From assembly GCA_964036045.1 (NCBI GenBank), contig OZ038379.1:76632001-76696000 (forward strand): 64,000 nt of DNA, in the 5' to 3' direction. The notes under the pieces were generated by a model. That model was given only the letters and a program-made list of their open reading frames with translations. It searched no databases and was not told the origin of the DNA. Position numbers and translations under genes: made by a program. Position 1 is the first letter of the stretch. The number at the start of each line of letters is the position of its first letter. This document shows positions 46,831-60,394 of the stretch, piece after piece. Origin of the DNA: Eutreptiella sp. 'Long Island Sound 2002' (lineage: Eukaryota; Protista; Euglenida).

Positions 46831-49800
46831 TTTGGTGCACTGACATGCTCCTTCTATCAAGGCCTGTCACCAGAATATCTTTTGCAAATCCTCTGCAAGT
46901 TTACAACGGGTTGTGCATGTTCACTGTCTTTCAAACATCCGCATCACCCCTCGAACACCCATATTCCTTATTTTCCGCCTTTTCCGCTAGTTCAAACATT
47001 TTCCCCCTACTTTCTCACCCCCCCCCCCCCCCTCATCATTCTCACATTTGTCCCATGTTTCTGCGGGTCTTTGAGGACCCCGAGGTTCGGATGCCCTGGT
47101 GGCCTGGCTGAGCAATGGTATCCTCGAAGGTATGATGAACATGACAATTTGCGGGGTTCCCTGCCCCTCAATTGTGCATCTGCAACCACCCACCCTCATC
47201 GTGGTGCTGTACAAAATAAAATGACACTGTGTGCACTGGCTTGGTGCTGCACCAACAGAGGTCATCCTGGCCCTGATGCAGGATCATTTTTACTGTAAAA
47301 CGACACATATACCTTGTCGGTACCCTCATTCACACTGAGGTGCTTTCCAAGCACTTCCAAGCAGAAAATGAGTGGTTCACACCAGAAGAGGTACGTGGAT
47401 GAAATGCAGTGTGCAAAATGGACACAACCCCCGCCCCAAATAAGAGGATGCACGTGTTCTTATTTCTTTGCCTCTTCTCATTTGTTGTGTCTTCTCATTT
47501 TGGCCCTCCCCCCTTTGACACCCAGAAATGCTCTGCTTCAGACCTGTGATGCTGCTTTTCAATCCTGTTTGTACCAGTGCCATATGCCACACAACATGAA
47601 ATCATTTGATGCATTTGTTGTTGATGTTGATGAAGCACGGCAAAATGATGAACTTGTAGTGGCCACATTGTGGGAACCTAATACAAAAGGGGAAGAGGAG
47701 GACAAGAGCATGAGACAGAAGTTTGATGTTAAGCATGACCAAACGAATCATCTGTACAAATTGTCTGCAGCACTGCCCAAGCAGCTGTTCATGATCACCT
47801 TTTTTGTGTTAGTAAACAAAATGCTTTAGTGGCTGAGAGACACGATCAGTGCATTCTTCTGTTGCTTCTAAGGAAGGGATGGTGCTGGGGCACTGGGCCT
47901 CTGTGCATCTTCTTATTTTGGACTCCAAAATGAGAAGATGCGTGCATCTTCTTAATCTGGCGGCGTCTTCTTGTAGGTGGGGGGGGGGTTAATTGTGCAG
48001 CATAAGGAACATTAAGTGTTCCAGTTGCAGGAATGGTATAAAAAAAAATATAGCAAACTAAAATGGTGCCAAGAATTGCCCAATGCCATGAATGAACCAT
48101 TGAGGATCACGTGGGGAGGCAGGGGTTCATGGCAAATTTCATGTGCCAGTCGGTTGTCCAGGAGTCTGGGGGTCCAGAAGTTTACCAAATCCTGCACAAT
48201 GTGGTACCCAAGGGAAAAAATTTCCAACAGACACCCTTTGAGGGAAGCGCTGGCAAGGAGCATTCAGTGGAGCTCAACCATCCATGCTTCTGGTCAGGGA
48301 CATTGCTGGTCGTGCGGGGTTCACACTCTCCAATGAGCTTGTTCAGCTCCTCCTCAAACGGGTTCCCTTCTATGCGGCAGCGTTCCCTCATGGCCACTCC
48401 ACATGATTTTCCGGAGGGTGACAACATGCCGCAACACATTTGCAACCATCTTGTGTGGCAATGCGCGGACCAAGAACAGGTACCGAGGCCTTAGGCATCC
48501 CCAAGGACCTTGTAATGGGAAAATGGGCACGTTGGAAAAAAACAGCTGCTGCCCGCTCCTGTGTTTACAAAAATAGGTATCCATGTATCTATGGTGAAAA
48601 AAAAGGTGGAAAATGCAAGATATCCGTAGGTATGCGGAAGAAGTTTGCTCAGCATATGAGCTGGTCATGGTGACATTTCATGCCCATTCTGCATGCAAGA
48701 CATGCTAAGAGGTACGTCATCAGGAGCATGAGTGTTGGCTGGCAGGTGTTGCCCGAATAAGTGGGTGTAGGAAACAGTCGCGCCAGGTCCCACCCAAGAT
48801 GGAGCATGGTGGTTACAAATTGTCTATACAAGTGTCTGATGTATCAGCCTACAGCCCAGAGACTTCTCACCCAGCCCTGGGTGGACTTGAAAACAGTGTA
48901 TAATAAGCCAAAGCAAATGGGAAGCACATGAACATCGCACAACTCAACAAAAACAAGGGGTTTGTGCCGCCTGGCATGGCGATTCGATACTATTGAAATG
49001 TTTGCACATCGCACAGACAGTGCCCCCCGAAAACAGAACATGAGAGCAGCTTCTGAAGGCGAAAGCCCCATCCAGGGCCCGTGTGCCTCTTCTGTCATGA
49101 GTGCAAAGCAACGCAACCCTCATTGAGGCCCCGATGGAGTGGTACAGATGTTGTGCAGGGTTTGGGTCGATGCTGCAGTCAGCCCCGTCGGGAAAGACCT
49201 TGGCCCAAGGCAAACATCGTCGCTGCTGCAGAAAAATATTTGCAGATGCGTGGGGACCTGGTCTGGGTTCGGCAGCTGTTGATGCATGCAAGGATGCATA
49301 GGAGCGCAGGGCTTAACCACGGCCGTGTATCCTGCAACAAATACACTAAAAGTCAGCTCTGTGGGTACAAATCTGTGCATGGGTGTGTGGGTGTGTGGGT
49401 GCAGGTATTGTTGCCACATCTGCGTATGCCAAACGGTCACGGCCTAAGAGCATGGCGCCTCAGGTGCAATCCCGCTGGTTCTGTGCCTCGTTCTACACAA
49501 CCAGACCAAGGACTGCTGATGGTGTGGAGTGGGCTGGCTGTGCCAATGAGGCGGCATCCACCACGATGCACAGAGAATATTCCAAGAGTCATCCGTCGTG
49601 GATCTGGCCACCATGAACACAGGGGAATGTTGTCGAAATGGAAGCAGGCACACGGGTACTAATTCCCCACCCAAAATCAGTATTCATATCAAAAATAGCG
49701 CACGTTTGTCGCAAAATTGGAGGATGCGCGTCAGAGGGGCTACCACAAGGTGCTGATGGGGCGGGTGTTGCCGCAGTAAAGTGACGATATGGGCATTTTC

Positions 49801-50318
49801 AAGGACAGCTTGGTGCAAACTTGCGCTGTTCTTTCCTGCGTTTTGTGATTGCCAGGTGGTTTCAGAGCTGCGCCCTGCGACCTCCACAGAATATCACCCG
49901 TGACGAAGGAGGCCTCTTTCTGTCAACGTGCCATGGGCGAGTGGCCCCTGGGCAGCATCTGCGTGATTTTGAAGACGTTCGATGCAAGACCGGGCGGCGG
50001 CGGGCTTGTGTCCGCTTTTCGGCCCTGCTTTGCTGCCAAAACAAGCCTGCGAGGAAGGGGAGGGGCGGGGCAAGGGGGCTCGGAGGTATCCCCCGCATCA
50101 GGTCAGGCTTGCCCCCCACACGCCGCGCTGATCATTTTGAGGGACACATCCCGCAGGGGAAGACGTTTCGCAGCCGGGCCCGCTTTGTGACCCATCCCCA
50201 GCCACCGCCAGCCCTCAGGACTGACCGGTCAGAAAGGCACACGAGAGCTCTTTTTTCGAGGGCGCAAATGCATGAGTCCTCCATGAACCCCCTCAGCACT
50301 GCGCTGCTCCCGCTCTGA

Positions 50319-50513
50319 CTACCCTTCGCCCTCCTGTTCCTTGAGGAACCCGTAGATCCGGTACATGCGCTCCACTGTGTGTAGGCGCTGCTCCGACGTG
50401 AGCCCCGCGTCCTCCACCTGATGCAGATCCTCCAAGAACCATGTCTGCAGCTCCTTGTCCGGGAACTTCTTCGCCAGCACCCGCATTTTATTCACCTCCA
50501 GCAGCAAGTACCC
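50319..50513 (-). CDS. NCA2: NCA2/DGS1-family protein, terminal exon
   Basis: GYLLLEVNKMRVLA..WFLEDLHQVED..QRLHTVERMYRIY* resembles the NCA2 C-terminus; acceptor CTCTAG ends at 50514; 65 codons including the stop. Confidence 0.75.
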   Translation of the reverse strand, partial: GYLLLEVNKMRVLAKKFPDKELQTWFLEDLHQVEDAGLTSEQRLHTVERMYRIYGFLKEQEGEG

Positions 50514-50559
50514 CTAGAGAAGTGCATAGGATTGGGGACGGTTGCGAACAGTTGGAGAT

Positions 50560-51095
50560 GGAAAGGGGACAGGGAGGATGTTAGATCACAGATGGCTGCA
50601 GAGGGCTGTGGCAAGCTGGAGAAATTTGATAAGGCCTAGAAACGTTGGAGGCAGCCGGGAATTTGGACAGAGTTGCAGAGGGCTGGATAGGGTTGCACAC
50701 ATGTTCGTGTTGTGGGCGGGTTGCAGACAAGTGCACAGGGCTGTAGACAAATGGACAAGGTTGCAGACGTTCAAAAAGGGTTGCAGACAGCTGTTGGGGG
50801 TTGCAGACGGTTGTGGACGGTTGCAGACACTGGTAGAGGGTAACGGACGGCTGCGCAGCATTCCACACAGGTGAAGAGGGCTGCACGTGTTTGCAGAAGA
50901 GTGCAGACGGTCGAAGAGGATAACAAAGGGTTGAGCGGGACTGCATGCAGTTGGACATTCAGACCGTTGCAGAGGAGTGCAGACGGCAATGGAGGGTTGC
51001 AGACGGTTGGAGAGGGTATCGGATGTTTGAGCGGGATTGTACACGACCAGCTTGCAGACAGTTGAACAGGGTTGCAGGGCTCTCCATAGGGTCGA
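50560..51095. repeat. Degenerate GGTTGCAGAC tandem array filling the 586-bp intron
   Basis: Repeated TTGCAGAC / GGGCTG units between the two exons. Confidence 0.8.
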
Positions 51096-51099
51096 GAAC

Positions 51100-51336
51100 C
51101 TGATCAAACCAGTCCAGTGTGGGCCCTGTGGACCGGTTGAAGATCACGTGCACGACCCGCAGTCCCCCACGAATCTTGCGGTAGATTGGTGTGTAACGGT
51201 ATCGCCGCATAGACCAGTAGGCGCTAAGTGAGAAGGCGATGGCCATGGCCGCGGGCATCGCCGCCATGAAGCTGAAGCTCATCTGGTTCTTGCGCATCAC
51301 GTCGTCCATCGTCATGTACAACTGCGTCATCTGGAC
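51100..51336 (-). CDS. NCA2: NCA2/DGS1-family protein, penultimate exon
   Basis: VQMTQLYMTMDDVMRKNQMSFSFMAAMPA..LRVVHVIFNRST..LDWFDQ; CAG acceptor and GT donor, phase 0/0, splices in frame to the terminal exon. Confidence 0.75.
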
Positions 51337-53564
51337 CTGATGCAGCAGACAGCCCACTGCACGACCGCACAGTGCACTGGTTGTGGGTCCCTGACAGACA
51401 TTGATCTTGCAGTTGGGTGCACAGTCCCTGGGCATTTGTCCTGTGTCCACACCTCCACATTGACGTTAGCCCATCATCCTTCCTCTTCCCTGTCCCTGAT
51501 TTGATTTGGATTTTTTTTTTGGGGGGGGGGGGCAGCAGGGCATGTCATAGAAGAGGAACAAAGGATGAAATGCTTGTGCCTCGATGGCCCCAAAAAAAAT
51601 CCTTTCCATAAAACCTCCATCAGATGGGTTGGTACAGCAACACTCACACAGCCATTATGCACACACTCTGCTCATAGGAACTGCTTGTGTGTACAGAAAG
51701 TACACATGCCGAGCCAGTGCACGAGCCTGCGGAAGGCTGGCACTTGATGAAGAGAGTCATTCACCAAGAGCTGCTAGCATTGGTTCACTTGGAGGTACAT
51801 AAATTATACCAGTTGCTTGTTTTTTTCTGGTACCCAAGAAGAGGAAGAGCAGAATGGGGAACAACTGAAAGTGCTCTGGGGGTGCTCCAGTTGGTCCTAC
51901 TTGTTGCTATCGCACAAGGACCCATCCAATCAGTTGGAGAGGCAGGGGGAAAAGAAAAGAAAAACCACTTGCCCAGAGATCCCGAGATCCTGAGACACTG
52001 GGAGGTGATAGACCATTGGGTGGGTGGGGGCCTCCTCTGAAAAATAGTGGTTTGTTCGGCGAAGGCTCACAGGGCACCACCTGGTATGTGTGAAATGTCA
52101 TATCTTTTGTATTGGAGGAGGAGCCTGGGGTGGAGTGAATTTTGTGGGTGAGAGTGGGATGTTAGACCCACTGCTCACAACAGCAGCTTGTTTCCTTTCA
52201 CCTCTTGTTTTCAAGGACAACCTGGACTGGAAACCTCTCCCCGTTGGTTGTCATGTGTGGATCCTTCACCAACTCATGATCTGTATGCACTCTGTGGAAG
52301 TGAGGACGATACTAGCCCATGCCCATCGCCTTTCAGCTGGTCACTAGCCTCAGCTGATGGGAGTGTTGGTGAAGGGGGGGGGGGGGGGCTGCCATAAAGG
52401 GACGGCTGAGTATTGGTACTTCGTACTTTGGTGTGTACCCCCGCGGTCGCGGGTGCTGCGTGAGCATGCCGCTCGTGTTTGTGTACACTCGCTGTCGGGG
52501 CGGTGGGTCGCTGCGCGCCGGCGGCCCTAGGGGGCACTTTCCCAGCACCTTGTGTGCCAAAGTGCGCCGTTGCGTTGCGGGCTCTGCCGGGGGGGGGCAA
52601 AACCTCCAATGCCAGGCACGCAAGGCCCAGTCGCGCTGAGAGGGCCTGCACTCCCTTGCGCCGTGCCTGCAACTGCGGCGTCAGGACCAGCAGTCCCGGC
52701 CCCCGCTGCGACTGGATCAGGGGGCACACAGCCGCCATTGGGTTATAGCGTTGTTCGCCCGCACCGGCAGCACCGGTTGATGCCATACGGACGGTGCCCC
52801 GTGTTCCCGGCATCAGGTCCCCACTATGCCTTGGCCGTGTCCTGGCCACGGTGCACTTGCGGCGCGGCCAGGGGCAGCCCCCGTGCCGGCGCTCGTTGGG
52901 CACGCCGGAAGTACGGTAGCAACGCTTGGCCCCCCTCGGGCGGCCGGGGAAGTAGCCCATTAGCAACCGCTCACCCCCTGCCGGCTGGAGTCGGGCGGTG
53001 GCCTGCCGCCGTTTGAACCACATGTCCTGGCATTGGGATGCCAGGTGCGACATGTGCAGCGCCATTTCCTCCCGGGCCGTGAAGTAGGGTGCAGCTGCTA
53101 TCCCTGACCGAGGCGCCTGCCCAACGGATGCGGTGAAGGACACCGGTCTATGGGCGCCCCCGAAGCAGCTGGCCGACCGTCATGTGCCGTAGCACCAGCT
53201 GTGCCGCCTGACGCAGCACCTAGGGCTACTCCCGCACTGGGAGGCGCGCCCCCCACAACCTGTGGTGCAGCACGTGGGGAGCGCCCGGCCCACGAAGGCC
53301 TCGGAATCAAGGGCCAGCGTGGACTAGAATGCTGCCATACCAACGCCCCCACCAAGCAAATCGTGCGCGAAGGCTGGTTCCCACCCTGGCCACCCGGGCG
53401 GCATGCCTACCCCCAAGCGTAGCGGGGGTGCCTACGGGAGGCACGGCAAGGGGCCATACATGTCGGCCCACGGGTACCACCTTTGCTCCCCCAGGAAGAG
53501 CGGAAAGAGCGCACACCCGGAGTCACCGCGCTCGTCGTGGAATGCGGCCATGCGCCCCGGCAAC

Positions 53565-56500
53565 ACTGTTTACATACGTCCAACATCCCAAAAAAATCAG
53601 ACTTTACTTTTTACAAATTTCAAAATGAAAACGATAAAAAATTTCCTGGGAAGGACAATACAAATACCTGCGCGCATCCGACATGCATTGCACAGATTTA
53701 CAACACATGTACCCCTGCCTGCCCAGACTGTGAGTGAACCATCAAGTTCACCGACCACAAGATTGCAAGTATTATGTTTGAACACTCAAGTTACTGTGCA
53801 ATCAAAGATCCGTGCTCTACACGCCATTATTAAAAAGACCGGATTTCCGGCTGCTCTCATGTTACAAGAAGTTGGCAAGATTCCAGATGACTTCGTTTTT
53901 CATCCATTGTACGCCAATTGTACACCAAACAGAAACTCAACAGGTGCATGTATTTTGTTACGAAGGATACAACAGATTGTGGTTTTGGTGGTTCACTTTG
54001 AACCAAACTACAGAGTAGTGGTAGTACGTGCAACCATATCATTGAAAAAGGTACAAATGATCAATGTTTACTTGAAGACAGGTGGTGAACCACATGAACT
54101 CCGTGTCACATTGGAGTGGATTGTTCCCTTTCTCCTGGACACGGAACTTTTCACAATATATGGAGGTGATTTCCAAGCAAATCCGGGTCGGGATACATCA
54201 TGCCCTTTGGCATCCACGGCGATCAACACAGCTAGTTTGGATACCTTTACAGATACCTCACTACAAGTGGTGCCCAAAGAGCAAGATGTGCCAACATGGG
54301 TTGCACCTCAATGGGGCACTGGATCACTTTTGATTCATGAACCTCCCAAATACAATGGTACGCTACGCGTGCAAGCAACATCCTCCTTTCCATCAGATCA
54401 TACCCCAATACTGCTCTGCATACCAAATTTTACACCCATCAACCCCCCCATCAGCACTGCAACACACTGGCCGCATTATCAGTCGAAAGGTGTTATCACC
54501 TGCTACGAAGAATCGATATCAAACAACATTTGATGAGTTTTTGCTCACTACAGCGGATACCATGGAAGATGAATGTCAAAAATTTTCAACAGCAGTACTA
54601 CAGGCCGCAATTTTTTTTTCGACCACCTGCGAATCTCATAGTTGTACCAACAGTGGTACAACGAGCACAAAGCGATATGGAACAATTTGTCACACAATAT
54701 CCGTACTGGTGGAAAGACACCACACATGTACTCACATATCAGAGCAAGCAAGCACGAATCAGAGGAGCATGGGACTTGGTACAATTGGAGCGCAAACTAC
54801 AGATATCAATCATCAATGCCCATGCAGCTAACGAAGCGAATGCCCCGAGAAAACCCCTCTATGGAAGAATTTTTCGCACGGGGGTACAGACCACAATAGA
54901 ACCCATGTTTGTATCAGGCATCCCCACACCCACGGAGCTTCATGGTCTGGTTGGCATGGACCACTTTCGACAAAGACACTTAGCCCCCCCTCTCCGCATG
55001 GAAGCGGAACACATACAATATTATATGCAATGGTCCCCTCTCACTATGCCAGACATCAAATTCAGAGCTCAGATGATCAGATGCACACTATGAAATGCAT
55101 CCCATACCACCCGTTATCAAGATCTTTTGGAACATAAATTTTTGTGTTTCTTGTCTGACAAACAATTGGAACATTTGGCACAGATCTATAACCAATGGTA
55201 TAATGGAGAATACCTTCATAAAGTTTTCCAAGGTGATTTCTATGCTCTACCTAACAAAATACCCCATGGACCAATTGCAAATGCTCGACCACTCCTAAAT
55301 TTCACTACCATTTGGAAGGTGTTTTCAGCATGCTTGAAACCGTTTTTCACTCCCATACTGTGTGCAGCACATGTCATACCCCCTTTCCAATTTGCTCTCT
55401 GTGGTGGTGCATCAGCCATAGACACGCTTCGGGTCATACATGACCACATTTTGGACAGATGGTTTGCAGATTTGCTTGTTTGCATGCTATTTGATTATGT
55501 CAGACGTGCCTTTGGAGCCGTGCAACACGATACTCTTGAAGCTATACTTCGTTTACTCCACTTCCCCTCTTACCTGATAAGTGTTCTAATGAATGCTGCC
55601 ACAGGTGCAACTCTGCATATGCGTGGAAAAAAATGGAATAATTGAAGCCCTGGCAAAATTACTAGCAAGTATAGCACAAGGGTGCCCCATGTCAGCACTC
55701 TTATTCTGCATCCTTTTGGAGCCCCGAATTTGCATGGTCTTGCATGGTATTCCTAAGCCACGATCAAGATGTGGAGATTTTGGACATGTGGCCTACATGG
55801 ATGATACCACATATCGCCTGGATCAAGTAACAAACATTCAACAGCTTTTGTCGAATTTGTATCAGACAGGCATTATGACCCGTCTTCACACATCCACGGT
55901 GAAACTTGTAGTAGCCGTGACACACCGCCAGGGTCTGCAAGTCCTTTTAGACAGGCCAGACATTTTGGCAGGAGGAAGTAGAGTACCAATTGCAGATGGA
56001 AAAATGTACATTCGGCTATTGGGCAGACATGCCATGCCACACATTTTTCATACCAATGACTTTATAAAAATGATGAGTGCATCCCGCGAGCATAGTACTA
56101 AGATATGTCACATTACCAGCAAATTATCCCATTTTAATGTACAATGCTTCTGCAGGGGGGCACACAGATGGTTGGGAGGGATCACATCCCCATCGCTAGG
56201 ATCAATGCGTCTGTCAGATCACCTAGCAGCATCGGCACTCCGTGCCACCGCAAATTGGGACTCTGTCCCATCAGCATTGTTTTTACAGCGTTTGGAAGCT
56301 GGATGGACAGGCATACAACCCACTACAATAGTTATGTTACTTCAGTTTTTACTCAAATATATCAAGCAAGTAAGTCATACAAACCCAGTAGTCAGATACT
56401 CAGTCCTACGAAGCCTACGGCGAGCTAAGGAGAAATTTAGTGAACACATGTCCTGTGCTGAAGTCTCTTTCCGGCATTTGTCCAGTACATTACACAAGTA

Positions 56501-58090
56501 CATTACACAGACCACTCATGTTTTCTCATTATAATGCACCACATGGATATAGAGACACCCTTTTCTTCGTCCATTATGCATATCGATGATGATATACCCA
56601 TGTATAAAGCAAATCACTCCACGGAAGCTAGCCAAATACACGCATGGATGTCAGAGGGATACCAGACGCAACGCAAAGCCAAGCAAAAGGGATGGCGCAT
56701 TCCTATGTGGCAGTATGAAGTCCCCCCGAAACCCATTCTAGTTGCACACCCTCTCACAGCACAAATGCCAGTCATCACACACATACCACAGGAACCCCTC
56801 TTTATGACAACTGGGTCATGGTACCCGGATGGACGTTGTGGAGGGTGTATAGCTATCGTATGCACACACACAGATCAGTACAAACCGTACCCAGTAGTAA
56901 TCCCCATCTCTGTGCACCACTCATACACAGCTTAATTATATGTTGCCTGGATTTTGTTTCGCAGTAGGACGAACCTGCGGTCAGTAGACCAAGGACAATG
57001 GTGTTTTGGAGAGCAGACATACACGGATGTGAGGTCTTACATGCAAGCATTATAGGTGGAATATGATGCTACCACTCCCATCGTCACCAAACTTTTGCAT
57101 GCATGTTGACTTTTAGTTAAATTCTTTTGTTTCACCCAAGCATATTCATTCTCACATGACAGGCACAGTGTTGGTAGAATTTTGGATGCAGCGGATCAGC
57201 AAGCTAAAAACACGGCAGAGAAACATCAACGGAAAGTAGGATGGATCACGGATCTAGACACGGAGCAAGCAGTTTTCACAGTGACAGGCACACCCAAACA
57301 TGATTTGTCAATGTACATTGAATGTAAGTTGCGAGAGATATACTGCACGCAACATGGAGTAACGTGTGCCCGCAATCACACTTAGTATGCCTTATATGCA
57401 AACACAGTGATGCGAGGTGAACTGTTATGGTCCGTACACTTGCACACTGTCACACAGAGACACCACGTGCAACACGTGTCAGACATCAAGTGTACCCTGT
57501 GTAAGTTACCCATCACCGAGGCGCACGCTCAAGCAGATTGTCCACTCCTTTTCTTGAGAACATGGTTCCTGTGCATCAAGCGCAGTTATCTCCTTCCGGT
57601 CTTGAATCCGTCATGGCAGAAGTGCCTGCCTGCCCCCTGGGGTACTTTGCTTGCTACGCCTACGGGGCACCTTTTTTTAATGGTCAACCCAATCAAATAT
57701 ATGAGAATGCCACATGATTTGTGTGTTATCAAACTGACAGGGGAAGTTTCCTCTCAGTCTATGCATCAAGCAGCAGAACATGGGGCCACCAACACAATGA
57801 TGACACGAGTTCTGGGATCCCTTCTCACAACATGGTACAAGGTTCAGCACGTGGAGGGTCCACCGGTTTTAGCGGTGAACCAAGAATTTGCGGTGCCACG
57901 CAATGCATACGGCATGACATCACATATCCTCACCAATCCGTAGATTCTGCATCGCAATTGGAAACCATGGACAACGGACACAGTTTTGTGGCCATCCCCA
58001 CCACTTTTGTTTCAGGTAACCCAGCAGTACTCAGTGAACGCAAGCCTGCCTCATTTTTTTGTGGCGTCTCCGGACCTCTCCCCTTTTGCT
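53565..58090 (+). mobile_element. LINE copy A (APE endonuclease, RT, RNase H, zinc knuckle), multiply frameshifted, 3'-truncated
   Basis: LCLNTQ..LMLQEV..INVY..GGDFQ..SDHTPI; ARPLLN..RRAFGAV..AQGCPMSALLF..AYMDD; MTTGSW..SYTA; CTLCKLPITEAHAQADC. Confidence 0.92.
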
Positions 58091-58459
58091 AATACTTGAT
58101 TAGCTGAACAAGATCCCCCAACTTTCGTTCATGGTTACTTTTGCTACATCATTGCCCTCCCACGGGATGGGGTCCTAGTAGGCCAAGCTCGTCTCCCTAT
58201 TGGTGGGCCCCCTGCAACACTGCTTGCTTGCTTCCGTGGAGGCGTGCGACGTGGACCACCTCTGGGGGGGGGGGGGGGGACTGCGCGGGTCCTAGGAAGC
58301 CAACCACCTTGCCCCCCCCCCTAGGGGCCCCTGGCCAGCAGTTGGTTGCCAAAGGTGCCCCCCTGAGGAGTTCATGGGCGCCAACCGCGACCAATGCTCC
58401 ATGGGCGCCAAAGCCGCTCGAAGGAAAATTTAGTCCAATTTGCACCCCAACAACATTCT

Positions 58460-58592
58460 TAAACCCAACCCTGAGCCTAACCCCCACTATAACCCTCGGC
58501 ATAGTCGCAACCCCAAACCTTGCCCTACCCCTAAACCTAAACTTAAGCCTAGCCCTAGCCCTAACCCTAACTCTAGCTCTAACCCTAGGCTA
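58460..58592 (-). repeat. Degenerate telomere-like (CCCTAA)n array
   Basis: ..CCTAAACCTAAAC..CCTAGCCCTAGCCCTAACCCTAACTCTAGCTCTAACCCTAGG. Confidence 0.75.
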
Positions 58593-58599
58593 GGGTCAC

Positions 58600-58975
58600 G
58601 GTTATTGTAGGGGTCCAAATGGAGAGGAGCCACCGGGGGCGGGCGGACGAACTTCGGCATGCATCGCTTCGCCCCTTGCAGGTACAGGTCGAAGCAAACT
58701 GCTTGATGGCCTAGAATGCGAGCAAGGGCCGCGCCTTCAGCAAGAGGGACACAATGCGGGAAACCCATCGATGCCAGAGGGGTGCTCCATTCCCAGCCCC
58801 GGGTACGAACGCAGGAGCGCCCGGCCGTCCACTGCCGGCAGCTCCGAACCCGCATCCACAAGGCACTGTGCCACAGGTAGACCCAACACTCCTCGGGGGG
58901 GGGCTCGTGGAGGTTGTCCAACGGGAAGTTGAAATCCCCCTTGACCACCTGGAGGAAGGCCCTGTGTAGCACACG
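58600..58975 (-). pseudogene. APE-type endonuclease fragment of another LINE family
   Basis: FLQVVKGDFNFPLD..GAALARILGH (GDFN and LDRI-like motifs). Confidence 0.5.
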
Positions 58976-60394
58976 CGGTAGATCTCTGCATTACCCTAGG
59001 ACACGCCGCCGGCAAGCTACGCATCTCCTGCGCATCTCGCCACACCGCGAGGGGAGAGGGGAGAGTTGGGCAGGGACGGGGGCGAGCATCCCCTAGCGGC
59101 AACGGCGAGGGCATCGATAGGCGGACCCATCCGCGACAACGGCAGGCGTGGCCACGAGTAGCCCCCCCCGGATATTTGACATGTATAAACCAAGATCAGC
59201 ACAGAACGTTCACACCACAAGCAAGATTCATGCAACAGGTCTTCAGAGCAATCTTTGCCTCATTGGCAATGCCAGTGGTCCAAGTATATCAAGACTATCG
59301 CATCTCGATGCAACCACTAACATCATCCAGTTGGCAAGTAAATTGGTTTGCATGAACTTGATCACTGCCTGTCTTGTTGTGTCACATGCAGAGAGCCATG
59401 TCGCCATGCACCCAACGCAACGACCTCAACTTAGGGGGCACGCTTAATCTGGTTGAGATACCGGGGGAATCACTGCATAAGTAGTTTGGACACGTGTGTG
59501 TGTGTGTGTGTGTGTAAGAACGCCCTACGGTACTCCACTAGGCTCTCAACCGGGGCGCTCGGGGAACGGTCACATGGGGAACAGAATACCGGAGGGTCTC
59601 CCAGTTGATGTGTCTTACACCCATGTGGCGACAAAGTATGTGTGAGGTGGAGCACAGACGGTGAGTCGGAGGACCGTCCCGTGACCAGCCTTCGGCGCAG
59701 TGGATGGCCAATTACGGTACACCAGTCCTCCCCCTCCTCCGTGCGCCGCCTCGCCCCCTCTCGCAGCACTGGTTGTCTTGATGCGGTCAAAGAACTCCAA
59801 GGGTTCCTCAGCTGAGCGCCAACTAGGAGGGTACCCTATACACGCCTTGTGCCCGGAGGGCATCTACCCCTGTACCAAGGCAAACCAGAACATGGGGCCA
59901 CCACGGGTATCGTCCACCGGTGCCCCGTCCCGGGCTCGCTCCTACCGGGCCGGGAGTCCTTGGCGAACTAGGATGCTTACGCCCCAGAGGTGCAGTCCCA
60001 GCTGCCGGCCCCGGTTGCGGGCGGTGCTCTGGGTATCCATACATCACAAACCAATATGTGATACCTGTGAAACACCCTTGCAATTTCATTGGCCTTGGGG
60101 TATCGACAAAAGCTACGGAGAGTATACCCACCGGAGTCGCTGGCCAGCGGTCTATCAACTCTCTCACATACGAATACAAAAACGGGCAGAGGTCCGGAGA
60201 CGACAAACAAAAATGAGGCAGCCTTGCATTCACTGAGTACCGCTGGGTTCCCTGAAACAAAAGTGATGGGGATGGCCAAAAAGCTGCGTCCGTTGTCCAT
60301 GGTTCCAATTGCCATGCAGATTCTCCGGATTGGTGAGCATATGTGATGTCATGCCGTATGCATTGCGTGGCACTGCGAATTATTGGTACACCGG

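Noticed and set aside
48012-48263. RT-like string LKGCLLEIFSLG
   Set aside because: A single loose motif with no supporting neighbouring RT motifs.
48600-49120. Possible tyrosine-recombinase relic (GLSPSEAA..TMLHLGWDL) on minus
   Set aside because: Catalytic R and HxxR are absent, spacing is short and there are in-frame stops; the resemblance is too weak.
52274-53143. 289-aa GC-rich minus-strand ORF with a possible GTGAG donor near 52968
   Set aside because: No recognisable homology and it does not match the expected upstream NCA2 sequence; it could be an exon or a LINE 5' region but is unsupported.
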